41,968 nucleotides of DNA from a virus, in the IMG/VR virus record IMGVR_UViG_3300048918_000145; one strand, given 5' to 3'. Position 1 is the first letter of the stretch. Each line of letters opens with the position of its first letter. Positions 8,122 through 15,208 of this stretch are shown here, in pieces. Both the position numbers and the translations under genes were made by a program. The notes under the pieces were generated by a model that worked only from the letters and a program-made list of their open reading frames with translations, did not search any database and was not told the DNA's origin.

Positions 8122-10239
8122 CTACCGCGTTGCGGGCTTGGCAAATGCTTTCGCCGCTGCGGTCACGCGGTCGAAAACCCCGAATCTCTGCTTGTCGTGC
8201 GTTTCGGCCTGGATCTTCGCGGTCTCTGCCTGCGCCTTTTTGGTATTGGCGGCGGACAGGGCCGTGTCGGCCTTGTACTTCTCGGTCATCGCCGCCTCTT
8301 TGCCGGCCGTAGCCTGAAGCGCTTCGACTTGGGCCTGTAGAGCGATGATTTGCGGGTCGGGCTGCTGGTTGGTCTCCGCCTCCTGCATGGCGGCCTTTTC
8401 CTCGTCGGTCGGTTTGACTAGGCCAGATTGCAAGGCGCGCTTGCGCAGCCAATCCTGAAGGTCGGTGATGCCCTCGCCGTCCATGTTCATGAACGCCGTG
8501 GTGATCAGGGCATTAGCGAGCTCAGGATCGGTCTGACCGACGATCTCCGCGCCGTTCAGGCACGTCTTGACCGTCTTGTCCCGGCGCGTGGCCGTGGCCT
8601 CGGTCACGTCGGCTATGACCTTGTAGCGGCCTTCGTGGATGTTGTTGGCGTAGGTGAAAGCGCCGGACTTCTCGTCGGTCTTCGGCTGCATGAGAACCGC
8701 GGTTCCCTGCTCGCCGTCGTCGTCCATCACATCGACTTCGCGGCCTTCCTCGACGTACACATCCTTGGACATCGACTGATAGACTTCGCCGCAGCGCTTC
8801 CACGCCTGCTTCATGTTGTCGATGTAGGTGAAGCTGCGTTTGTCAGTCCGAGTGGCAGCGATATCCATCGCTTCGGCCGAGACGTTCGACTTGGTCTCAT
8901 CGGCGCCGTCGTCGGCGCTGGTCAGCTCGGCGATATCCGTCGCGGTGAGCTGGATCAGGGCCGGGAGCGCGGGCGGAAGGTTCGGCGCCTCGACCTTACC
9001 GATAGGCCCAAGCGCTGCAATGCCGCCCGTCACCGGGTCGATCACCGGCAGCGCATAGGCAAAAGCCGCGCGGTCGATGTTCGCCGTCGCCCACTGCTCG
9101 GCGATGGCCGGCGGAATCTGGTCGGGCGTGAAAATCGGCCGCTCAATGGGTGAAAACGAGGCCGTCTCGACGAGCTTGCTGATCTGAGAGTTGTAGATGC
9201 GTTGGGGGTCGACGGCCAGGCGAACGTGACCCCGCGTCCGCTCCATGTTGTCCACGTACCAGCGCTTGCCGTAGACCGGGATGATGGGGATTTGATCACC
9301 CGCGATGATCTGGCCCTTGGGGTAGTCACCGATCATGCCCGACGCGCTCATAGTGTATTTGCGGACCTTGCGGCGCATCACCGATCGGGTGCGTTCAATC
9401 TCCCAGCCCTGAACCTTCAGGTCGTCCAGCTCGCCGGAGTCCATGTCCGACGCCCACTCGCGACGCTCCTCCTTGGTCAGGGGATGGACGAGGACGTACA
9501 GCCGTTCTTTCTTGCGCTCGACGACGTAGTATTCAGCCACATAGACGACGTCGGGCGTGTACCAATCGTAGTGCGTCTTGAGCAGATTGGTCGGCCAGGA
9601 CGCAGGGTCCTCGCCGTATTGCTCCTCATACCCGCTGTAGCTCATCGCGGTCAGCACGAACGCGAACTCGGCGTCGGACTTGTCCTGAAGCCGGGCGTCC
9701 ATATCCCAGAACACGCACTGGTCCGCGTCGGGGATCATCTCGAAGTCGATCTGCTGGCGATCGTCCTCCGGGTCGTTCTCGTCGCAATAGCTGGTCTTCA
9801 GCCGCCATGCGCCGATACCGCCGAGCACGGCCTCTTCGAACGCGTTGTCGGTCGCCTGCGAGCCGTGGGAGCGGTAGTAGTCGGCCCGGAACATCCCGTC
9901 CAAGGTCTCTGCCGTCTCCTCATCGGCGCCCTTGTCCACGCCCCGGAAGTTCACGACCAGGCGGTGCTCGCGGTAGTCGGCAATGATGCGCTCCACCCCG
10001 AGCATGGTCTTGTTGACCTCGACCCGGATGGAGTTCTCGAACTGGCGGAACCACTGATCTTCCCATTGAGCGCCCGCGATGGTCGCGAAGCGCCTGTCGC
10101 GCAGGTTCAGGGCCCGTTCTTCCTGCACCGCCGAGGTGATGTCATCGAACCGCTGAAGCGCCCGCTGGTGAACATCGACGACGCCCGTGATGTCCTCATC
10201 ATCGGGTTCGTTCACGATTTGTTCTGGCGGGTTATCCAT
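8122..10239 (-). CDS. Portal protein (P22 gp1-like)
   Basis: 705-aa ORF directly downstream of the terminase region. Size matches P22-type portals, as does the long Q/A/E-rich C-terminal helical barrel segment (..QAQVEALQATAGKEAAMTEKYKADTALSAANTKKAQAETAKIQAE..). Confidence 0.85.
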   Translation of the reverse strand: MDNPPEQIVNEPDDEDITGVVDVHQRALQRFDDITSAVQEERALNLRDRRFATIAGAQWEDQWFRQFENSIRVEVNKTMLGVERIIADYREHRLVVNFRGVDKGADEETAETLDGMFRADYYRSHGSQATDNAFEEAVLGGIGAWRLKTSYCDENDPEDDRQQIDFEMIPDADQCVFWDMDARLQDKSDAEFAFVLTAMSYSGYEEQYGEDPASWPTNLLKTHYDWYTPDVVYVAEYYVVERKKERLYVLVHPLTKEERREWASDMDSGELDDLKVQGWEIERTRSVMRRKVRKYTMSASGMIGDYPKGQIIAGDQIPIIPVYGKRWYVDNMERTRGHVRLAVDPQRIYNSQISKLVETASFSPIERPIFTPDQIPPAIAEQWATANIDRAAFAYALPVIDPVTGGIAALGPIGKVEAPNLPPALPALIQLTATDIAELTSADDGADETKSNVSAEAMDIAATRTDKRSFTYIDNMKQAWKRCGEVYQSMSKDVYVEEGREVDVMDDDGEQGTAVLMQPKTDEKSGAFTYANNIHEGRYKVIADVTEATATRRDKTVKTCLNGAEIVGQTDPELANALITTAFMNMDGEGITDLQDWLRKRALQSGLVKPTDEEKAAMQEAETNQQPDPQIIALQAQVEALQATAGKEAAMTEKYKADTALSAANTKKAQAETAKIQAETHDKQRFGVFDRVTAAAKAFAKPATR

Positions 10240-10468
10240 TGACGCAACCCGTCACCATGAATTGGTGCGCGTTACCGTCAAACGTGATGACATCGCCGAC
10301 CCTTACGGAGTCGAAACCTTCTAGAGCCACCTCGATAGCACTAAACCCATTGGCCGACACAGTCGGTTCCCGCAGCAGGGTCTCTGACCCCTTGGCCGCC
10401 GCCGGAAGCGTCGGCATTACAGCCGCGCCAGCGATGAGCGAGAACAAGTTCCGACGACTGATAGCCAT
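10232..10468 (-). CDS. Small exported protein with a twin-arginine (Tat) type signal peptide (78 aa)
   Basis: ATG at 10468-10466. MAISRRNLFSLIAGAAVMPTLPAAA-KG matches the S-R-R-x-(F/L) Tat motif, followed by an h-region and an AxA site. Overlaps the portal start by 8 nt. Hand-counted GC3 is about 67 percent. Confidence 0.55.
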   Translation of the reverse strand: MAISRRNLFSLIAGAAVMPTLPAAAKGSETLLREPTVSANGFSAIEVALEGFDSVRVGDVITFDGNAHQFMVTGCVNG

Positions 10469-10527
10469 GCTGCGCCCCGATTGCGGTATCATGTTACCGC
10501 ATGTTGTGGCTGAACGCTAGGGCTACG

Positions 10528-11871
10528 CTAGCGGTTGAAGCCGGTCGCGATGCGGGGGATGGGCGGGATGTAACCCTGCGCCTCCTTGCGCGGCGAGACG
10601 AGTCCGGGGAACAACTCAGCCAGCGCCCAGATCGCCGCATCGGCCCTGTTCGGCGAGCCATCGCCGAGATAGCCATTGGTGTTGAAGGCGCACAGCTCGT
10701 CCTCCAGTTCCCTGAACTGACCCACATGGCGAACCTTGCCGGTCTCATAGAGCGACGAGAACGGCTCGGCTCGAACGTGCTTGCCGCGTGACGCTGTAAC
10801 CTGCCGGAACGGCGTGCGCGGCCTGGCGGTCTGAATGGTCTGGTTGACCATGGCCCCGCCGTAGTTGACCTCACCGACCACGATATCGGCCTGATGACGG
10901 TCATAGGCTGTTGTCGCCACCCTGCCCCATGTGCCAGGGCCGGCCTTCACCGTGCAGTCCTCAAGGATGTAGGCGACCCCGTCCGTTCCGAGCCCGGCGA
11001 CAATGATCCCGATCGCATCATTGTCCGCGTTGTCCACATCGCCAGAGCCCGAAGGGTCGACTGCGACCACCACCCGCACGAACTCAGGCACAACACCGTC
11101 CGTCACGCGCCATTGCTCGATAAGCTCTTCGGTGAACAGAGCCCCCGGCGTGGCGTCGGTGAACTCGCCCTCAAGGAACCGCCGACGAAGCCGAGCGGAC
11201 ATGCCACTCAGCGTCTCCAGATAATCGCTGGCGATGTTCTCGGCGTTGTCAGTCGGGTTGATCTTGAACGATGCGTAGTCGTCCGGCTTGGCGAGCGGGA
11301 TGCGGGATTCAGGATCGATCTTCTGGACGAACTGCTTGTACGTCCAATGCGCTTTCGATGGTGGGTTCTCGTCATAGTAGGCGCGAGGCTTGAGCGGCTT
11401 CGGGGGCTGGCCTTCGATGATCTGGTCAACCTGTTGCGCCAGGCGTGTCAGCGCGATCTGCACGCTGCTATAGGGTATCTGGCTGCACTCGTTGAACGCC
11501 TCGGTCACAAACTCCATGCCGAGGATCTTCTCAGTCCGGTCCTTGTCATCCAGGCCGGCCATCCAAAGCTCTGACCCCGTGGGCAGATAGCAGACCGCGT
11601 CCTGCTTGTTCACCTCGTATTCGATCTTCGGGAAGGCGGTGCGCATCACCTTGGGTAGCGTGTCCGCCATGACCGAGGCTTTGATACTGTTGAAGCGGTA
11701 GCGGAAGATCGCGTGGCGGCTGTTCGGCGCCTTAAGCCCCCGCATGATCAGGTTGCGGATGATCAGGAACGTCTTGCCCGACCGAGAGCCGCCGAACAAC
11801 ATGATGTGCTTGGCGTCGCTGGCCAGGACGCGCTGGGCTTCTAGCTGCTTGGCGGTGAGTTGGAAGGTCAA
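10528..11871 (-). CDS. terL: Terminase large subunit
   Basis: 447-aa ORF. Walker A LFGGSRSGKT near the N-terminus. C-terminal nuclease-like region VAVDPSGSG..DAIGIIVAG. Overlaps the terS stop. Confidence 0.9.
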   Translation of the reverse strand: MTFQLTAKQLEAQRVLASDAKHIMLFGGSRSGKTFLIIRNLIMRGLKAPNSRHAIFRYRFNSIKASVMADTLPKVMRTAFPKIEYEVNKQDAVCYLPTGSELWMAGLDDKDRTEKILGMEFVTEAFNECSQIPYSSVQIALTRLAQQVDQIIEGQPPKPLKPRAYYDENPPSKAHWTYKQFVQKIDPESRIPLAKPDDYASFKINPTDNAENIASDYLETLSGMSARLRRRFLEGEFTDATPGALFTEELIEQWRVTDGVVPEFVRVVVAVDPSGSGDVDNADNDAIGIIVAGLGTDGVAYILEDCTVKAGPGTWGRVATTAYDRHQADIVVGEVNYGGAMVNQTIQTARPRTPFRQVTASRGKHVRAEPFSSLYETGKVRHVGQFRELEDELCAFNTNGYLGDGSPNRADAAIWALAELFPGLVSPRKEAQGYIPPIPRIATGFNR

Positions 11872-12269
11872 ATCGCGTCGTCTAGGTTCTGCATCACCAT
11901 CGTGACGCCGCCCTTGTGCTCGACTTCCTGCTTGTCACGGTACTTCGGATTAAGCTTCGCGGCGCGCCACTGACGTGCCCAGATGCGGACCTTGACCACC
12001 TGCCAATCCTCTGCCGTGGCCATGTCGGCCATGTGCACACAGGCGTCTGCTTCGTGGTCCTGTCCGGCTTCACGCGCACGCGCAATACGCGCCGCAAACT
12101 CTTCGTCCTTCGCCATCTGGCGATACATGGAGTCTGATGACGGGTAGCCCTTCAGCGCCGCGATATCGATCAACGACTTGCCTGTGGTCAGGTGATCGCA
12201 GATGTCGGTCATCAGCTCTTCGGACCATGCCCAGTCTGTAGGACGTCCTGGCTTCTTGGGTTCTTTCAT
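11868..12269 (-). CDS. terS: Terminase small subunit (HTH-type)
   Basis: 133-aa ORF immediately upstream of terL. The pattern KPGRPT..WSEEL..I...L..GKSL..I is typical of small terminase / DNA-packaging HTH proteins. Confidence 0.75.
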   Translation of the reverse strand: MKEPKKPGRPTDWAWSEELMTDICDHLTTGKSLIDIAALKGYPSSDSMYRQMAKDEEFAARIARAREAGQDHEADACVHMADMATAEDWQVVKVRIWARQWRAAKLNPKYRDKQEVEHKGGVTMVMQNLDDAI

Positions 12270-12694
12270 CGCGAAAGCACCTGAACGGCACCACCTGTGT
12301 GGGCGTCATGCTGTATGGCCGCTCTGACGGCTTCCTCCGCTGAGGCGCCGACAAATAGCGCGCCCATTGCTTCTGGGGACCCAGAGCCGATAGCAAAATA
12401 CGGCCATTCAACCATGAAAGACCCGCCACGCTCAAACACCTCAATCTTCCCGTCAGGCCACACGACAAACCCTGTGTCGCCGCCCTTATCGTCGAACTTC
12501 GGCTCTGGCATTTGGTCGATATCGCCCCTCAGCCAACGCAGCCACGGCGTGGTGAACGCGGCATCGCCACAGCCGCCGCCGAGCCGGCCGTCGGGGCCCC
12601 TCGCGATCTTTGTGATGCCATATTTCAAGCTGTCCCCACATGACAGCATGGTGTCTGCCGCGATCACACCATCACGATATACGATTGTCGTCAT
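12266..12694 (-). CDS. HslV / proteasome beta-subunit-like Ntn hydrolase, short form (142 aa)
   Basis: N-terminus MTTIVYRDGVIAADT.. aligns with HslV MTTIVSVRRNGHVVIAGDG... Thr after the initiator Met, Asp13 and Lys28 align with Thr1/Asp17/Lys33. C-terminal FAIGSGSPEAMGAL..AVRAAI..D..TGG parallels IAIGSGGPYAQAAA..AL.IA.DI..YT. Confidence 0.7.
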   Translation of the reverse strand: MTTIVYRDGVIAADTMLSCGDSLKYGITKIARGPDGRLGGGCGDAAFTTPWLRWLRGDIDQMPEPKFDDKGGDTGFVVWPDGKIEVFERGGSFMVEWPYFAIGSGSPEAMGALFVGASAEEAVRAAIQHDAHTGGAVQVLSR

Positions 12695-12879
12695 CGCGCC
12701 CTCAGCTTCTCAAGCGTGGCCTGGCCGTCTGGATCGTTGCCGATGTAAGCCTCGACTGCGGCCAGCTCGCCCGGGGTGATGTTGCCGCCTCCGGTCACAG
12801 CGACGTCGTAGCGAGCGCCGGCCTTCTTGACCGTGAGGTAGGCCCCGTTGGGGCGCTTGATCTTGAGGACTTCGCTCAT
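12691..12879 (-). CDS. Hypothetical protein (62 aa)
   Basis: ATG at 12879 (MSEVLKIKRPNG...) in an ATGA overlap with the upstream gene. Its stop overlaps the HslV-like start. Confidence 0.55.
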   Translation of the reverse strand: MSEVLKIKRPNGAYLTVKKAGARYDVAVTGGGNITPGELAAVEAYIGNDPDGQATLEKLRAR

Positions 12880-13055
12880 TCGCCCTCCTGCGCCGCAGCG
12901 TCCAGGGCCCACAGGCGAGCCGTATCGAGGTTGGTCTTTGCGACACTGACCTCGCGGCTGTTCGGCATCACGTTGAGCGCTTCCATGAAGGCGTCGTAAG
13001 CCGCGTCGATCGCGGGGCGGAACTTGCCGTCAGGTGAGTGCGTGGCGGTCTGCAT
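12876..13055 (-). CDS. Small two-helix protein (59 aa), possibly N4 gp49 / Sf6 gp66 (Acb2-type) family
   Basis: ATG at 13055 preceded by AGGAGA. ..PNSREVSVAKTNLDTARLWALDAA.. resembles the R-E-x-S-L-A-x-T-K-L-E-E-A-x-M-W motif I recall for that family. It lies a short distance upstream of terS, as in P22-like phages. Confidence 0.5.
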   Translation of the reverse strand: MQTATHSPDGKFRPAIDAAYDAFMEALNVMPNSREVSVAKTNLDTARLWALDAAAQEGE

Positions 13056-13090
13056 GGTGATCTCCTGATTAGCACAAAGGGTGAACGATG

Positions 13091-13372
13091 TCACGGGTTG
13101 AGGGCGTCGCGGACGTTTTCGTAAAGGCGGTACAGGTCGATTGGCCTCAGCTTCGAAAGCGCTTCCGGCGTGTAGGCTGGGTTGCAAGCCACGAGACGGA
13201 TTGACCGGGCGATGTGCGGTTGCCAATCGACCAAACCACGCGCCTTGAGGGCATGGAGGATGCGATGAACGTTGCTCTTTGAGACCAGACCAATCGCTAT
13301 AGCGATCTCATCCATGCTCGGGCTTTTGCCGGCCGTTTCCTGAGCGATCAGGAAATCAAGGCACTCATCCAT
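13091..13372 (-). CDS. LexA N-terminal DNA-binding-domain-like winged-helix protein without a peptidase domain (93 aa)
   Basis: ..GKSPSMDEIAIAIGLVSKSNVHRILHALKARGLV....ARSIRLV matches the LexA wHTH pattern (G.PPS..EIA..LG..S...V..HL..L..KG.I.....R.I.L). There is no S24 Ser/Lys domain. Confidence 0.65.
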   Translation of the reverse strand: MDECLDFLIAQETAGKSPSMDEIAIAIGLVSKSNVHRILHALKARGLVDWQPHIARSIRLVACNPAYTPEALSKLRPIDLYRLYENVRDALNP

Positions 13373-13441
13373 TTTGGGCTCATCCCTTCATCTCCGACTT
13401 AAGCCAAGCGAGGACGGGGGGTGGGGAGGATTGAGTGGGGG

Positions 13442-13576
13442 TCATCGATAGGCCGCCATGAACATTCCGACCGAGGACAGGGCGTGGAACGTCGCAAAGC
13501 CAAAGCACCGGCCTTTAACGTTCCAACCGGACATCGCTGCGTTCGCTAAAGCCAACACAAGGGCGGCTACGACCAT
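13442..13576 (-). CDS. Micro-ORF (44 aa), hydrophobic
   Basis: ATG 13576-13574 in an ATGA overlap with the upstream stop. MVVAALVLALANAAMSGW.. Below the ORF-track cutoff; translated by hand. Confidence 0.3.
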   Translation of the reverse strand: MVVAALVLALANAAMSGWNVKGRCFGFATFHALSSVGMFMAAYR

Positions 13577-13854
13577 CACGCTTCCTCCTTCAGGGGGTTG
13601 CGGGCGATAAGAGATTGATTTTTATCTCTTTTCTGAGTAAACCTAGAGACAATGTACGCCAAGTTACCCGCAGCGCGCGGCACGCCGACTAGGTCTAGGC
13701 AGACCCCCTGCTCATAGTCGCGTTCATCCACCATGTGCCAGACCGCTAGCACCTCGTACTCGGCTCCCACCGAAAGCGGCACTGGTACGCCGTAGCGATC
13801 GGGGCCATCATCGATGCAGACGACAATTGATCCTGGTCCGATATCAGCGGTCAT
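13576..13854 (-). CDS. Hypothetical protein (92 aa)
   Basis: ATG at 13854 (MTADIGPGSIVVCIDDGPDRYG...). The longer 131-aa track ORF has an implausible Cys/Arg-rich N-terminus. Confidence 0.55.
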   Translation of the reverse strand: MTADIGPGSIVVCIDDGPDRYGVPVPLSVGAEYEVLAVWHMVDERDYEQGVCLDLVGVPRAAGNLAYIVSRFTQKRDKNQSLIARNPLKEEA

Positions 13855-14017
13855 GGGGTTTTTCCTCCCAACGGAACGGCGCGCAACCCAACCCAGGGAC
13901 CGCCGCGCCAATGGTTTCGAGACGCTCGCCGAGCCACAACAAGCCGTAGGCCAGCAGTAATATCGGCGCACGGACCAATACGGCGATTGGCAAGATTGCT
14001 AGGTTTCTAGGGCTCAC
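13844..14017 (-). CDS. Micro-ORF (57 aa) with one predicted transmembrane helix
   Basis: GTG 14017-14015 in a GTGA overlap with the exonuclease stop. Hand translation VSPRNLAILPIAVLVRAPILLLAYGLLWLGERL... Ends 11 nt inside the next gene. Confidence 0.35.
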   Translation of the reverse strand: MSPRNLAILPIAVLVRAPILLLAYGLLWLGERLETIGAAVPGLGCAPFRWEEKPHDR

Positions 14018-14484
14018 CGCGTATCTCCGTCATTGGTTGGGGGGTGGTTGAGCTTTTCGCGGAGGGCCATCGCGTCCCACCAGGCGTTGTGCTGGACAGC
14101 GCCTTTTAGGGTCGTCGGGTAGCAATCGACGTTGTGAACTTCGAAGGCCATGCGTGGGTAATCGGCTGAAGCCCACCCGCCGTCTTCACCCGTCGAAATT
14201 GCTTGGCAGAAGCGTCCGATATCAACCGGACTGTCGGCAATGATTGTGGGGTCACTATCGAGAAACCTGCGGATCTCAGAGCCGACTTCGCGACTATCGA
14301 GGCCGGTCACCGCAATGTCGGCGAAGTGTTCATGCATTACCGGCCAAACATTATCCCACACCCACGGGTCTTCAGGCTTGTCGTCGGTTTTGATGTGGAT
14401 GCTGAACCCATCCTCCTGAACGAGGGCGAGGCTGAGCAGCGGGCCGTTGTGTCCGTCAAATTCGCAGTCGAGGTAGTATCTCAC
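14014..14484 (-). CDS. DEDD-family 3'-5' exonuclease (Rv2179c-like exoribonuclease fold)
   Basis: 156-aa ORF. YLDCEFDG (ExoI D-x-E), ..ADSPVDIG.. and C-terminal HNAWWDA (ExoIII H-x-A-x-x-D) motifs. Confidence 0.7.
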   Translation of the reverse strand: MRYYLDCEFDGHNGPLLSLALVQEDGFSIHIKTDDKPEDPWVWDNVWPVMHEHFADIAVTGLDSREVGSEIRRFLDSDPTIIADSPVDIGRFCQAISTGEDGGWASADYPRMAFEVHNVDCYPTTLKGAVQHNAWWDAMALREKLNHPPTNDGDTR

Positions 14485-14630
14485 CCCACCCTCCTGTTTG
14501 TGCTGGTGCGGGCGAGATCGGCCTCAAGCGCCGCAAGGTAGTCGTTGAGGTAGTCGCGGCATTCGGCGTGGTCCTCACGGTCAGGCCAGCGGTCGGCTTG
14601 TCGGCCGTGCCAGTCGCGAAGGCGGGTCAT
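14481..14630 (-). CDS. Micro-ORF (49 aa)
   Basis: ATG 14630. Hand translation MTRLRDWHGRQADRWPDREDHAECRDYLNDYLAALEADLART... Its TGA overlaps the GTG of the exonuclease gene. Confidence 0.4.
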   Translation of the reverse strand: MTRLRDWHGRQADRWPDREDHAECRDYLNDYLAALEADLARTSTNRRVG

Positions 14631-14647
14631 GACGGCTTCGTGCTGGG

Positions 14648-15208
14648 TCACTTGCGCTCACCGATCTGCGAGGCGAGTTCAGCCATGGCTTGACGGTTCG
14701 CCTCAGCCTTGGCCTCAGGGATCAGTTGGCGAACCTGATGCTTGGCCACCATCCGGGCGATGCCGAGTGCTCGAACGGCCTGGATCGCGTGCTGGTTGGC
14801 CAACTCTCGCAGCGGGCCGGGCTTAGGGAAGAATTCCGACTTGGCGTCCCGGCGATAGTCTCGGGCCGCCGCCTCAAGCGCCCATAGCGGGAACCCCGCC
14901 AGGTCTTCGAGGTAAGCCTCCCACCAGGCCGCCCACTCCGACGCCGAGCGATCGGGCTGCGGGAAGATCGCGAACAACTTGCCGAGAACCGACTTCACGC
15001 CCTCGGCGCCGGCCGGAACAATATGGGCTTCCAACTGCGGCAGCAGGTCGATGCACTCGCGGTGCAGGGCCGGGCTTTGGAGGATCTCATCAACGGCCGC
15101 CAGCGACGGCTGGTTTTGCGTAAGCCACGGCGTCAAACCCTTCGAGAGAACGGGAAAAGTTGTCCTCTCGGGCGACGCGCTTTGCGGTTGGTTGACTACG
15201 GCGTTCAT
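14648..15208 (-). CDS. Hypothetical protein following the initiator (186 aa; possible replication accessory protein)
   Basis: ATG 15208 with GAGG 5 nt upstream. Overlaps the 3' end of the initiator gene by 119 nt in another frame. Within the overlap, hand-counted GC3 is about 72 percent for this frame and about 51 percent for the initiator frame. Confidence 0.6.
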   Translation of the reverse strand: MNAVVNQPQSASPERTTFPVLSKGLTPWLTQNQPSLAAVDEILQSPALHRECIDLLPQLEAHIVPAGAEGVKSVLGKLFAIFPQPDRSASEWAAWWEAYLEDLAGFPLWALEAAARDYRRDAKSEFFPKPGPLRELANQHAIQAVRALGIARMVAKHQVRQLIPEAKAEANRQAMAELASQIGERK

